In this document: piece by piece, positions 50,136 to 64,000 of the stretch
Layout of the letters: the number at the start of each line of letters is the position of its first letter
Position numbering within the stretch: position 1 is the first letter of the stretch
Assembly: GCA_964016885.1 (NCBI GenBank)
Contig: OZ024745.1
Coordinates: 57,660,001-57,724,000, forward strand
DNA from: Eledone cirrhosa
Taxonomy: Eukaryota
Length of the DNA: 64,000 nt
Direction: 5' to 3'
The notes under the pieces: model-generated
What the model saw: only the letters and a program-made list of their open reading frames with translations
The model's database searches: none
What the model was told of the DNA's origin: nothing
Made by a program: the position numbers and the translations under genes

Positions 50136-51103
50136 CCTTTTTAATGTATATTTATGAAATTTTTTCATAACAAATAATAGTAAATTGCAAAAATTATAAG
50201 TTATTTAGACTATACAGCTCACCACAATATGTACAACGTTCTACATAAATAAATTTATAAAAACAGGCCGACTCACCCGAAAAAGGCATCGCATACATTA
50301 TAGCACATTGAGGAGTATAGACACATGTCATGCTTAGATCATAATGCCTGGATACCTCTTCTTGCATTTGGATTGATATCAGTCGCTCAACCACGAATCA
50401 TCCAGTAATTCCAAATGAATTGAGAAATAGAAGGCCTGCTGTGTATCGATCCACTATAAATTCCATCTCTCGAAATATCTTCGCAAATGTTTGAAGTCCA
50501 AGTCTCCAATCAGCATATGCTATTCTTCCATCCCCTCCTCTCCCTCTCCCAATCTCTCTCTTGCTCGCTAATTCTGCCTCCCTATATATATATATATATA
50601 TTTATTTGTTTGTTTATTTATTTATTTATTCATACAGCACCATTTCAATATATGATGTAATAACTTGGTCCTATAAAAATTGAGATTTTCTCAGTTATAT
50701 ATCCTTAGAGATGCAGTTCTGCATTTGACTTAATATTTTATTCTATTTAATGAAATAAAAATATTAGAAAGGTAACACATATGTGGATTCACATGAAACA
50801 TGACTTAAATCAATATCACCTCATTTCAATGAGTTATTTGCGCAATTAGCATTTGTTGTGCATGCCAAGAACATTCCAATTGTGCTCAGCGCTAGAGGTT
50901 CCCAAGAAAATAATACAACATTTCTAATTGATGTTCTATGCATCATATGATAAGACAAAAGCCGCAGGAGAAGGTGTTGGAAATAAAGGATATTAAATAT
51001 CTGCTATTGACATTCAATATTACAAAAGTACATTTCTCAAAGCATTGCAATAAAATACATACAAATAATTTAAATCTTTAAATATTACTTAATATGAATA
51101 TCT

Positions 51104-51179
<76 letters not shown>

Positions 51180-51779
51180 TCTCTCTCTCTCTCTCTCTAT
51201 CTTTTTCTTCATATGACATAATTTACTAGTATTGAAAAGGGAATTGCATCCCATCTACCAAATAATTAATCACGTTTGTTAAAAGAAAACTAATAATTAT
51301 TATAGAATATGTGTTTTCTCTCTTTGTTTTTCTATTCCATTAAATACAGGTTGTCTAGATGCGAAATAGAAAAAAAATATGCACAAGAAAGTCAAACGAA
51401 AATAAATAGTAGCACGGGGTCTCTTGGGAAAAGTAGAAAGATTCAGAATAAAGGCTCCAATTATTCGGCTTGACTAATGTTGCAGTTTCCTAGAGGATTT
51501 CCAATAGAATTTGAGTGGGAAACGATGAAATAATGAGCCCCATTAAGCACGAACAATGTACATCTGTGGTACATGCTCTTAATGCAGGAACTATAATACA
51601 ATAACATATATAAAATGGTTCCACTTATATATTAATAAAAACGAAAACCAACACCCTTCACACACACACACGTACACAACACACATAGACACATAGACAC
51701 AAGCACGCACACACACATATATATATATGTGTTTGTGTGTACGCGTGTCCCCCCAAAAAACGTTTTAATGTCACGCAAA

Positions 51780-52860
51780 TTAATGACAATCAACCAAGGA
51801 GTGCTATTCGGCGATAAAATAGATATTACTTTATAAAAGAAACACCAACACTTACTCGACATACTACACTTGGTGAAGAATGAACTGATGTCCTGCATAA
51901 CATAAATCGAGAACATACAAAGAATAGGAGAAATATTCAGTATCATTAGCCTTAAAATAGCGCAAACACTGAAATCAGTAAGAGTGTATATTGACACTTA
52001 TAAAGCCATGTGTGAAAGGTTACCATATACAGTTGGAACACCAATGTAAAAGCCACTAGCAGACATTTAAATGTGTACCCATAGATCCTTACCGTTGTAT
52101 AAAGAAAACAGATTTTTCTGAAAATATGTAAGAATTTTAAGTTAGCTATAATGAAATAACAGAATGGAAATGTAGAACTTGATTTTCAGGTGTTTACAAC
52201 TTGAAGAACTCGACTTTGATATATGATTTTATTATTTCCTTGGAAATAATATTGCATATTCGTTGAAAACAGCTAAACTGAATGTAGAATATAATGCGTG
52301 AAATCAATTCTAGAAGTATGATTATATTTTCAATAGATGAAATGGGTAATGCAGTTCAGATGCAAATCATAAAGCCAATACCTTCATGTTATGGCTTGCC
52401 GATATTACCAGGTTTGGTGAAATCTCACTAATCTTCCGCAGGGAGTAATATAAACCTCAAATGACAAAAGAAGTTTTACATTTCAGTAATAAAGACAGAT
52501 ATCAGCTATATCATTTGTTCGTGTGCGTGACTCCAATGAAACCTGATCGTAAATGCAATGTTTTTGATAGTGTTAAATAATAAAGCAGGATGGATATAAT
52601 GGACAGAAATTACAGCAATGTTAATAATAGAGTCTATTTATATCGACAGTGAATTGAATTAATAGAATCTAGAAATTCTTTGAAATCCTTAAACAATATA
52701 TCTCAATCTGTTCATAATGTGCAAATGCTATGAGTATAATAGTTCGGATCAATCGCGATTATACATATAACAACTAGGAAATTGCAACATTAAATGTAAA
52801 CTTACAGCATGAACATCCTATGTTTTTTGAATAACTATTCCATTTGTCGGTAAGATCTTA
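51780..52860 (-). pseudogene. Possible heavily decayed intronless SLC6-like (Na/Cl-dependent transporter) sequence
   Basis: Weak motifs in the expected order across frames: DKWNS..AVSLHLMLQFP..YN, IKSYIKVEFFKL*TP, SGFYIG..GNLSH, SIYVMQDI..CWCFFYKVISILSP. By-eye resemblance only. Confidence 0.28.
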
Positions 52861-53342
52861 CGCCACCGTCAGATCTTGATAGTTGCATATATACATATAT
52901 TTCTGTGGAATGAAATATCAAATGAGGGTCACCGGGCAAATGGATCATAAAAGTATTCGGCCAACGCTACAGTATTGATCATAATGTTATCAGAATTGCA
53001 AAGTATATATACCGTTGTAAATATGCATCGTTAAATATGTATGTGCTGGTAAGTGTTGTTCTTTGGGAATAGCAAATGTTTCATTAAACAGTATTACTAC
53101 GCTGCCGAAGCTTAATAATATAATTACGGAAAAGAAAAAATGATAGTGATGTTTTTCTTTATAACGAACATCCATTTTCTCCGTGGCATTTAGAATCAAT
53201 CTGGAAAACGTATGCTTCTATTTTGAATAGCGTTCCTGACAACCAGATGCTTAGCAGTAATAGTAATATCACAATGCAAAGAAATAAATTAGGAGAATCA
53301 ATATAACGCCGCCAATATTGCCTTCCAGTATATAGCTACATA

Positions 53343-53470
53343 AGGCGGTGATTTGGTAGAGACGTTAGAACGTCGGATAAAATGCTTTGTAGTATTCGTT
53401 TCGGCTCTCTACTCCCTGAGTTGAAATCATATCGAGGACGATAGAAACAAGTACAAGTCAATTATGGGTA
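53343..53470 (+). mobile_element. Degenerate SINE (OK-like 5' half)
   Basis: ggcggtgatttggtagagacgttag...ctgagttgaaatc. Confidence 0.7.
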
Positions 53471-53914
53471 GTTTCTTCCTCTGTATCTCATTTTTATTTC
53501 TAATCTCTCACTCTCTATCCTCTCTGGAGGAAATCTGCTGCATTCAGACCTGGAGATAAGATGGGCTTTAATCGGGGTAAAAATTCCATAGAAACGCTAT
53601 ATGTGAATCTGGCACCCATACGACAACTTCGGGAGTTACGTGACCATGGAGCATGTATATGGCAATATTTGTTTAACACTTTAATCCAAATAAGAAATAC
53701 TTCAGTTTTGCTTTTCATCATTCCGGCATCAACATCAAAAAATACCACTTAAGAATTATCTTTTGATCATTATTGTAGTCACCACCATTTCGAAATGAGC
53801 GCTCTATGTATTAGATTGAAATAAACTCTAATATTAATTTGCTTCACATGATGTGCGTTAGGAGTTGTGATATAACAAAGCTAAACTATGGAACGAATAG
53901 GAGTACATACATAC

Positions 53915-53952
<38 letters not shown>

Positions 53953-54121
53953 GCAGGCACACACACACACATACACATACACATAAACACACATACACTC
54001 ATATGTATATTATATACATATATATATATATACATACTTATATACATACATACTTATATATATATACACATATATATACACACATATATATATATATATA
54101 CATATATATATACATATATAT

Positions 54122-54484
54122 ATCAAGGGCCGAAGCAAAGATAGAGGCAGAAGGAGGTAGGTCAAACCAGCCACAGCTATCACTAGCAGCAGTCGGAGCG
54201 ACCAAATTTGTTCTCAACTTCGGCCCTTGATAAACCTGTTTCTACATCATCCACTCTCATCCCAGGAACAGTTTTGATAGCGCTAGTTCGTAATTTAAAT
54301 TCAGGAATTTTATATTCTTCGAATGAAAAGAACCTTCTGACGAGAATCTTTCTTTGCAACGAAGGCCGTATGGTCTCCGTTTATTTTGGGGATTCGAAAC
54401 CGATCGGTAAAGGTAACTATAGTAGGTAAAGTCAATTTTTTAAAATTTATTTTGAAACTTTTTCATTATTTGCTAAACCTTGTT
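54122..54484 (+). mobile_element. Retrozyme-like family A copy with a 5' inversion
   Basis: 54218-54484 is homologous to 17340-17607. 54122-54217 is the inverted upstream part, with a 14-bp inverted duplication (atcaagggccgaag/cttcggcccttgat). Confidence 0.8.
54332..54414 (+). ncRNA. Hammerhead ribozyme with extended stem II (family A)
   Basis: ACCTT-CTGACGA-GAATC...GATTC-GAAA-CCGATCGG-TA-AAGGT; canonical core and a perfect stem I. Confidence 0.9.
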
Positions 54485-54485
54485 T

Positions 54486-54538
<53 letters not shown>

Positions 54539-54674
54539 TATATATACATATATATATATATACATATATATATATACATATCTATTTATATATACATATA
54601 TATATATATACACATATATATATACATATATATTTATATATACATATATATATATATATATATACATATATATT

Positions 54675-54706
<32 letters not shown>

Positions 54707-54716
54707 CATATATATT

Positions 54717-54766
<50 letters not shown>

Positions 54767-55010
54767 TATATATACACATATATATATATATATACATATA
54801 TATATACATATATATTTATATATATACATATATATTTATATATATACATATATTTATATATATACATATATATTTATATATATATATATATATATGTAGA
54901 TAAATCTACCAAGAGTTTACGGTAGTGTCCAATCCGTATGAAGAACTCAATGTATTCCGGATATCATGGAAAGAAGAGATGTAATGAAAAATCACTTTCG
55001 GTGAAAGATA

Positions 55011-55158
55011 ATTATTTCTGAAGACGGCGTATATATGTGTTGGTATGTATATTTAATCTTGATAGTTTGTATAATTTTGTATAATTTTGTACATAGATCT
55101 GTTGAATATGCATGCCAATTCTAACACATATATATCCTAGAAACGATCGTTAAATAAT
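55011..55158 (+). ncRNA. Hammerhead ribozyme with ~115-nt stem II, C.A at 10.1-11.1
   Basis: ATTATTT-CTGAAGA-C..TATATATGTGTT...AACACATATATA..A-GAAA-CGATCG-TT-AAATAAT, within a TA-flanked insert at 54897-55220. Confidence 0.82.
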
Positions 55159-55280
55159 GAACTTTTTTTGTTTAATATAAGGAACTGTTTCATTGTTTAT
55201 TCATTATTTGTTTAATATTTTATATATATAATATATATATATATATATTATATATATATATATATATATACATATATATG

Positions 55281-55545
55281 TATATATATTATATATATAT
55301 TGTTATACTTTGGGAGGGTCATGTTGCCAATAAGAAACACACGCACCAGTTGCTTTCACTTCAATTTATTATATATTTATAAATTTATAAATTTCTTGTT
55401 GGTTCCACAACCAGATAGTTGTTTATATATAGTCATAGTTATTTCGTCACACACTCTGTGACCTCTTCAGTGACTGGGGATTCCTTTCTTTGTTTCTGTG
55501 CCTCTCCTTTGTTCTGTCCTACGCCATTTTGTTTCTGTGTGTGTA
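55281..55545 (-). mobile_element. Solo Neptune-like pLTR fragment with HHR (55431-55475)
   Basis: Homologous to 24157-24435. Confidence 0.9.
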
Positions 55546-55546
55546 T

Positions 55547-55617
<71 letters not shown>

Positions 55618-56489
55618 AAATATTGAAACGAGGAAGTATAATCGAAATGTTTAACCTAGTGAATCACGTTCCAATGCCAACTTAACTAAGCAATAAAATC
55701 TAAGACATGAAATCTTTTAAGTTAACGAAACACATTAGGAATTTCAGGAAACTTTTCAATAAAAGAAGAAATAAGAATATCTTTAAACGCAATTTTCCTG
55801 ATTCAAGCTCACTAACATTTCATTGACAACGAACATGAAACAAATGATAAGTTTTCGGGTTTTGTTTCTATTATTTAATAATAATATTGAAAGGAATTTC
55901 TCCATGCTAGATGATGATATACTTTTATTTTATCAAATTATTTAGTTTACACATACGTTTCGTTTACCATTAGATCGATGAAAAGACATATCAATTTTAT
56001 ATTACAGTTCTCATTCTTGCCGCCTGTGTAAAGAAGATTGTACAAACAAAACGTATTGTTATTGAAATTTTCTTTTACGCATTCTTCATCAATAATTTTC
56101 CCTATCCATTTTCTTTTAAATTGTCTAAATCAATTGGATATATATTGATATTTATTTAGTACGAAACTGTTATGCACCATGACATAGACATAAGAAATTG
56201 AAACGTTACATGAATATAATGCCGGTTATTGTGATGAAAATATCGTAATTCTGATATTCTAAGTATTCAACTAAACATGTTGGAGCAATTCCACTCATCG
56301 GCGATCACATCTGCCATTATAGCTTTGATTTATTACAAAAAAGAATATGCACATACCTTTAGAAATAGTCACACAAAATGTTTGGCACTCCGTTACCAAT
56401 ATCACCTGCAGATTCAGCATCGTACAATTTATTTGTTATCTATTATTTTACGGAGTTTATAAAATAGATTACCATTCAAGCAATGCATC

Positions 56490-57200
56490 CTGGAAATTCC
56501 ACTTGAGAGTTCTATAGAGGAATTGCGCTGGGCAAATACTATGACGTTCCTTCTCAGGTTCAGTGATTTGACGAGATCGAACTGATCTTTCGAGAAATTT
56601 CTAGCCGGTGACTATGGGCAACTTCCAGTAATCCCTGACTTGGCTGTGCTACTAAGACGCACGCATCTAGTTCCCGTGTATAGCTATCATCGAACAGCTA
56701 TCATCGCATGTAGGATGGATGCTGCTATCGACTGAATCCATCGTGAAAATAGCTCTGCCATCATCGTTTAGCCAGGCCTGGTGGCCTTGGCAAAATGAGT
56801 TGTGTGGTGGACGCGGCTGAAAAGACTGAAGACAAACACGTTTCTCTTCGGCGAATCTCTCATAAATCTTTCAAGATTCACTTGGAAATAATCTGAGAGT
56901 GGGAAGGGAAATGCTACTCGTCTTCCTTGACGATTGTTAGTATGTGCGTGAATGTAGCGAGGATGATCCGTGTAATGGGCCTACTCCGACCATGCGCCTG
57001 TAGAATGGATCGTTTTGAGATGTGAAGAACACCTTCCTTAGGTACTTTTGGAGAGTCGAATGGTTTAGAATTGATGGGGTTCTTGAGTCACCCATGTGTG
57101 TTTCTCGCCTTTTGGTAATTTCCATTGTTATGTTTTTTGTTGTTTAATGTTATCTTTTATATATTTTTACTCTATTTTATTCTCTTTTGTATTATCCCCT
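56490..57200 (+). mobile_element. Old decayed 3' fragment of the Tx1-like family
   Basis: Aligns by eye with 44890-45650 (tccatcgtgaa..ctggtggcc..tggtggac..ctgaagac..cttcgg). Confidence 0.75.
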
Positions 57201-60200
57201 ATATGTTGAAATTATTGTTGTTATCATTTGAAATCAGCAAAATGGTTTCCATTTGAGAGGTGATGAGAGTAAAGCTGTGTGTGTGTAAACTTGCATTAGG
57301 CGTCGCCTTTCTTTCGGTCACTTCAATGCGCCAATGCACGTCCCTTGTCACCCTCCTCTTTCAGTCTTTTCTATATTTCATCTGCCTGTCGCCCATCTTG
57401 TTCCTTGTCTCTGCCGTCTGAGGCTTTTTGCCCATCGCTCTCTTTGGCAGCATTTAGCTCCTTTAACGGCTGCTCTAGCGATAAGTTATCTCAATTTATA
57501 TGTATTTATATACAAATTCACTTCACCTCGATCGGAGATAACATTGTTTTTTTTCACTCATTATTTTCATTTATTCTGTTGTTGTTGTTTTTATTGTTGT
57601 TGTTAAAGGTTTTTGATTTCAGATGAAATAAAATGTTCGATTATTATCAGAATATTCTACATGGATATTTTTTATTTTACTTTTCAAACGAATTTACCTC
57701 AGAAATCTGATTTTCCAATACATGGAATAGAATAAACGAATGTTTATTACACAAACAGTTATTCTGAAAATATTTCTATGATTCCCCCTTCAAATAGATA
57801 ACTAAATATTATTAACAAAATAAACTGAATATGACAAAACGGCCAATGCATTTATTATTTTATTTTTTTTCATAATTTCCTTTTACAAGTTAATCATTTA
57901 AAAAATAACATCAAGTGTGATAACCATGTAAATATATAAAATGACAATGTAACAGCCAGATTCAATTTCACGCATTAACAGCCACATATTCATACCCGAA
58001 AACGAAATTTGAAAGCCATAAACTACAGTAATATCATTAGCAACATCAACAATAACAACAACATAAATAGGTGCTTAATTGAAAAATATATAAATAAAAG
58101 ATTTTCCCTATCATTATGAGATGCATCATCATAGTATGCCTATATAAAAGACTTGGCAATTAAATGTAGGACAGCAATCAAGGAAACATAACTCTCTTTT
58201 GTTAAGAAGGTTAGGGATTTCCACATGATACCAAACGTGTGTATAAAGATGCAAGTCCTAAATTGCGAAGGAGATTATTTAAATGCCCTGCAGCGTAATT
58301 ATGGGGGAAATGTAGATAGCGATAATACTCTCGGACTTCGTAAACAAATAACCTAAAAAATCAGAGCAAACTACATTAGATATGTAAACCAGCACCTGCA
58401 GTACTTGAAGCTGGATTTTACAGGTGGTCACCCGTCACACCAACGGCTAGAACTACGTAGTCAGTGACTTAAATTTTTTATCCCACTTCTCCATGAATTA
58501 TCATTATATGATGATTCGGTTATGAGAAAGAGATACTTGTTTGCTAGAAATAATATTCTGTAAGCAACATTAAAGAACATCAGCATAACAGTTATATGAC
58601 GAAGAAACTATATACATTTTGAGTCGATATGAATTTAAAATGCCTTACAATAATTAACGCTGAATTAATAGATGAATTGAACGAATTGCAGAAGAAACGG
58701 TGCATAATCTATAACACATATGTGGAGGAGTGATAACCTATGATGTGCAATCCTTGATTAATAAGGTCATGTACAATTTAAACACATATATGTGTACCGT
58801 GGAAGACTTTTAACACACACTGACTAGCTGGGAGTGATATTTATCATATGGAGTGACATAGACTTTTTTCAATCACATTGTAATGGATAACATAGTATAT
58901 CTATGTGATTATACTTTACTTGTTGGCATAAGTTTGTGATCACATTCTACTGGGTGACATATTCTAACTGTAATCATATTCTTCTGGGTGACATATTCTA
59001 TTTCTGATCACGCTCTACATAACCATTGGTTTGGGATAGCTATGTGCTGAATAAGAAATACTTTTATCTGTTCTATCATTTTATCATTCTATCATTTAAG
59101 TATTTCCCCCGCACACTAATGTATGATCTCGTGTTATATTGTTATATAATTATCCTTGGTACAACAGATCGATGGAGCACGCAAATTATAATGTCAAATA
59201 TTTGTCAATTGGCTTCAAGTCAATAAAAATATTCATGGCAGCATTTATAGAATTTTAAAGCCTATTTTTATATTGTTGAGATAATTATCCACTACAACAG
59301 ATTAAACCATCTCCTATTCAAGCCATGAAGAATAGAGTTATAATTGTAAAATTCCATGGATATCCATGACAATATTGATGGATATCCACTCCGAATCCTT
59401 TGCACAAGCTATTTTTCTTTGAAATATTAAAAACAGCAATATTGATTATTAGATACATTTTATTTCATCATGCTAAAATTTTACAAATCCTAATAATTTT
59501 CGAAATAATCATTATGCAACACGTACTCATGAAAGGTGGCTGGGCACGGAAAAAATGTTGATTCGCTAATCTTGACTATTCAAATGAATACGCGCTAGTG
59601 TGAGAACAGCCACTAATTGGTTACTCGACCTGCAAATATGTTGGCTGATTTTCCCTCAAACCACACTTTCTTTTAAAAGACGAATGATTCGATGGACAAT
59701 GAAGCTTTCAATAAATTCTTTGAAAATATCACAAGGTATTTTTTACTTGAAAATTTCAAGAGTTCAATATGCGTTAAACAACAGAGAATTCCATCTGCAT
59801 GACAACGATTCGACCTAAGCGACTGTGCCTCCTCATATCCAAGATGCTTAATACTTATCAATGACATATGTATTCATTTTAATTAAAAACAACTCACGAA
59901 CATTAAATCAAAAATCCACAATTTACCCAATTACATTGTACTCGTTGTCAACTACATCATGGCGGACTTTCAGCAACTAATTGTTTAGAAAAATATTATA
60001 ATAGTAGTTGAAATATACATGCAATAACCTATTGTATTATACGGGTGTGTGGATGTTTTGTTTTCACGTACATTGCTACTATTGGGCTGAACCTCTTGCG
60101 ATAAAAACACAATCATCACTAGGTAGGGCATGTAAGAAACTGACCTACGTCCGCTGGACAGCAGTTGAATCTATTTTGAGCTGTTGCTAAGAACATGCAG

Positions 60201-61141
60201 CTCCTCAGCTGTTAAACTGCTGAAAAATATCTTTATCCTCTTATATTCCTTAACATGGCTGATAATAAAGTGTGGGCGCGTTAGTGAAACATTATTTAAC
60301 GTATAATAATGTCTTACATTATAATCCAGACGCTCAAATGTTGTATGCCATTTTCATTATTGAATTGCAAACTTTATTTAAAACAAAACTTTTGGATTTG
60401 CTATCTTTTCTCAACTGAAAGAAAATAGCAAATTCACAGCAAACTTCTACCACACACCATTTTAAGACATAATATGATAACAAATGCATATGAGAGATTC
60501 ATTTATATCCTCAATTTTAAATAACTAAATCGAATATCGTGCATTATTTGAAACCTTTCCAATACAATTATCTACTGTAAAATATAATTAATTTTAGAGT
60601 AGGAAATATGAGAGTGAAGCCTAAACATACAGGGAATATAAGAAATACCCAAGTAAAATATAAAGAAAATAGCAAAGTAACGTAGAAAATAAAATAAACA
60701 CAAAACTGGCTGGGTGTTCTCCATTCAATATAATAAATATCTGAACATTGATTTCAAATGTGTAAAATAGAAGATTTGATAATTACCTTTTGTATGATAC
60801 AGCATAAAATATAAAGGGCAGGAATGAAAACATGATTTGTTATTTAACATTTGTAAAATACTAAACGATTCACCACATGTAAAAGCTTCTAGAGAACGTG
60901 AATTGTGTGAACTACCCACTGGATGTAGTTGTGTTTTCGAGATCCTCAGCTATGAATAGCTCAACAAAAATGTTTATCATTTTTTCTTTTTTAATTTTAA
61001 GGAAATTCGAAAGTCTGACACGTTTACATTAAAATATATATATTTATATACACAATCGCGCAATCATGGTTACTCTTTTTTTGTACACTGCGGCTTCTTA
61101 GCTATATATATATATTGTCCTTCCTGTTCCTATAACCATGC

Positions 61142-61191
61142 CCATTCCGAGCTGAAGATCCGATAAGGTGAAACAATTGTTCTCGGTATGG
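61142..61191 (+). ncRNA. Minimal hammerhead ribozyme (U.U at 10.1-11.1) in a ~100-bp TA-flanked insert
   Basis: CCA..CCGAG-CTGAAGA-T-CC-GATAA-GG-T-GAAA-CAATTG-TT-CTCGG..TGG. Confidence 0.8.
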
Positions 61192-62413
61192 TGAACTAAC
61201 TGTTGTGTAACCACTTATATATATATATATATATAAACTTGCACTGCGGGATTTGAATGTTAAATGTAGATGTTTAAAAGCAAGGGAACAATTGTGAACG
61301 ACAAACGTTGACAGAGTGCCTGCAGAATATCGAACATGGCTAATATCTGATTCTATGTGTGTCCCTTAATCCACGTACCAACTGGCCACTAAACCCATCT
61401 TCTTGGAAACCGTTAAACATGTACACCGGTGTTCCCTAATCGTGATGATGCGCCGCGATATGTAACTATATGTGACGCAAAAGACTAAATTAGTTTTAAG
61501 TGAAAAATATGAACTGAAATTTCTAGGAAAGTTCATGTATAGCTGTCAATTAAATTTTAGCAACAACACTTGCGGAATGTATGACTATATATGAATACAT
61601 GTTATGGTACAATGTATGTCAGCATGTCGCTATTTATTTTTTTTAAATATGCTTGAGTAAAACCATTTTGGGGTATCTCCAGAAGTTTAAATAACGGATT
61701 GACTTAAGAAGCAGTAGGAATGTTTGGAATTTGTAATGTAGTCCACCCTCTGACATACAGGCATACAATCTTCTAAAAAGCTGATAATAGGAGTCAGGGA
61801 ATACTTAGCGGAATCGGTAACGCATTTCTACAGCTCGGAGAGATATCCAGATCCTTTTTGTGGTGGTTTACTTACCCGATATTCCAACAGTTATTTATAG
61901 ACATCCACTACAAATATGGTCATTTTCTTTAGGACTGGTACATTTCAAGTATCCCATGTTCAAGAACGATTCAATTTGTCTATCAGTTCCTCAGGAGTTC
62001 TCTACATTTTCTACATACAATCGTGCAACATCACTAGGGAAATACGGCAGAGTATTTTCACTTATATTTAATGTAACGAGAAAATCTAGTTCCATTTTCT
62101 TTCTGCATGTCTTTCTACTTTTTTGATTTTTCTTTTCAATTCATGGTGATTTATTATAAGTATTCTCGGATACTTAAGTTTTTATTCAAATATTCTTATG
62201 CATTGAATTTATTGACCAAACTATTTCTAAGGAAATTATTGGTGTAGTCATTCTATAAACGGTAATGGGTATTAACAGGATACTTCTCAATTAAATGTGT
62301 CTCTATCTTCTCATATATCATTCTTTATTTCATTTTGTGTTTCTATGCGTCTTCCGATAAATAAATGTAGTGTTATTTGTATATTTAAATAAATTAATTA
62401 ATAAAAGTAAATA

Positions 62414-62477
<64 letters not shown>

Positions 62478-62859
62478 TCATCCCGGGTTCAATCGGGGGT
62501 AACCACAGTAAGTAAGGTACTCAATACAATGCAGAGTATAAATGTGTAATATAGAAAACCTTCTACATGACTAGCACTGATTCATTCGTGAGAAATCATC
62601 AGGAAGCTGACTGTCCAAGTATATATAGTAGTGAAAGCGTGAAGAATAACATGGTCGGCTGTACAAAAAGGTTATTATTTACAGTATTAACCATTGTTTC
62701 ATTGATCAGGTGACTCTAAAGGCCGCTGGTCACTCGAAGTTGCGTCACTCAACCTTAAATACAGTGCGCGTCTCTGATCAAATCCTTGGAATACTGGAGC
62801 GTGTAACACATGGCACTGGTATTTATAGATACATCGGAGACTCAAGTGAATGAAAACAA

Positions 62860-64000
62860 TAATACCAATAACTGTTTCTACTTTAGGCACAAGGCCAGCA
62901 AATACCCAGTGCATTACTGGTACTTTATTTTATCGACTCCGTAAGGATGAAAGGCAAAGTCAACCTTGGCGGGATTTGAACTCAGATCGTAAAGGGACGT
63001 AACTATGCTGGAAAGCATGATGATAATACCAATAATTGTTACTACTTTAGGCAGAAGGCCAGCAATTACCCAGTACATTACTGGTACTTTATTTTATCGA
63101 CCCCGTAAGGATGAAAAGCAAAGTTAACCTCGGCGGGATTTGAACTCAGAAGACAAGGGCCGTAACTCTATGCGTCAAAGCATGGCGTCCGACCCTCTAC
63201 GGATGCTGCTAATCCAAAAGATAATAAACAGTAATAAAGAAGTAACAATGAAAATGATAAAGATGTAAAAAATAGGTACAAAATACGGTTTCTGATAATA
63301 GTAGTAGTGGTGGTGGTAGTTGAAGTTATAATTGTTTCTACTATTGGCACAAGGCCAGCAATTATAACAGTAGATTACTGGTACTTTATTTTATCGAACC
63401 CGTAAGGATGAAAGGCAAAGTTAACCTCGGCGGAATTTGAATTCACACCATAAAGGAGCGTAATTCTATGCTGAGTAAGTGGATGTGTAAAATAGTGATG
63501 ACAGTAATGATAACAATAACATGAAAAGAAATACATATGATTGATACATATATGATATATATGATTGGCGATTTGTTGTGTATTGTGTTTGTTAAATTGG
63601 CGAAATAAAATTGCAAGAGGTACAAAAAAATATCAGGGATTAAATGAAAAATAAAAAGTAACAGAGGAGAGATTAAGAACAGGAGATAGAAAATAAAGAA
63701 TAAGGATTCGAGGGTGAGACATAAAGGACAGGGAAGCAGTAGATAGATAGATAGAGAATAAAAAGTGAATGGGACAGTGATGATATATGGGTGATTAAGG
63801 TCTGTTAGACTGATTGTTGATTCTTAATGGAGGTGATGTGGTTATAGAGAGAGAATGGTTAGGAGATTCATGATGTTGATTTAATTGTTTCTACTTTTGG
63901 CACAAGGCCAGCAATTACCCAGTACATTACTGGTACTTTATTTTATCGACCCCGTAAGGATGAAAGGCAAAGTTAACCTAGGCGGGATTTGAACACAGAC
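62860..64000 (-). mobile_element. Cluster of four OK-like SINE copies (62860-63020, 63022-63215, 63327-63470, 63883-64000)
   Basis: Shared core and B box (gatttgaactc on the + strand). Confidence 0.88.

Noticed and set aside
62476-62855. TA-adjacent segment with a degenerate HHR (minus strand) and a CIYKYQC peptide resembling a GIY-YIG start
   Set aside because: GAAA is mutated, stem I is offset and there is no YIG motif; noted only as a weak candidate.

Overview
AT-rich eukaryotic non-genic DNA. The SINE family and repeat content suggest a cephalopod (octopod) genome, but that is an inference. No intact host gene is evident. The first ~30.8 kb is a near-continuous patchwork of retroelements from unrelated clades, each bounded by long (TA)n/(TACA)n microsatellites: Penelope-like elements (PLEs) of Hydra-like and Neptune-like types, a full-length and a truncated CR1-group LINE, and two RTE-clade LINEs. 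The rest holds a full-length Tx1/L1-group LINE in an (ATT)n tract, decayed RTE, R4/Dong, Tx1 and PLE remnants, many tRNA-derived SINEs and a possible decayed SLC6-like pseudogene. The most striking unannotated layer is about 15 hammerhead ribozyme (HHR) motifs read directly from the sequence, in at least 7 sequence families. Several sit in non-coding ~480-490-nt partial-tandem units that look like retrozymes inserting into (TA)n. Several have palindromic stem III, very long stem II, and recurrent non-canonical C.A or U.U pairs at core position 10.1-11.1. Most ORFs in the supplied track (YIYI..., HTHT...) are microsatellite artefacts.
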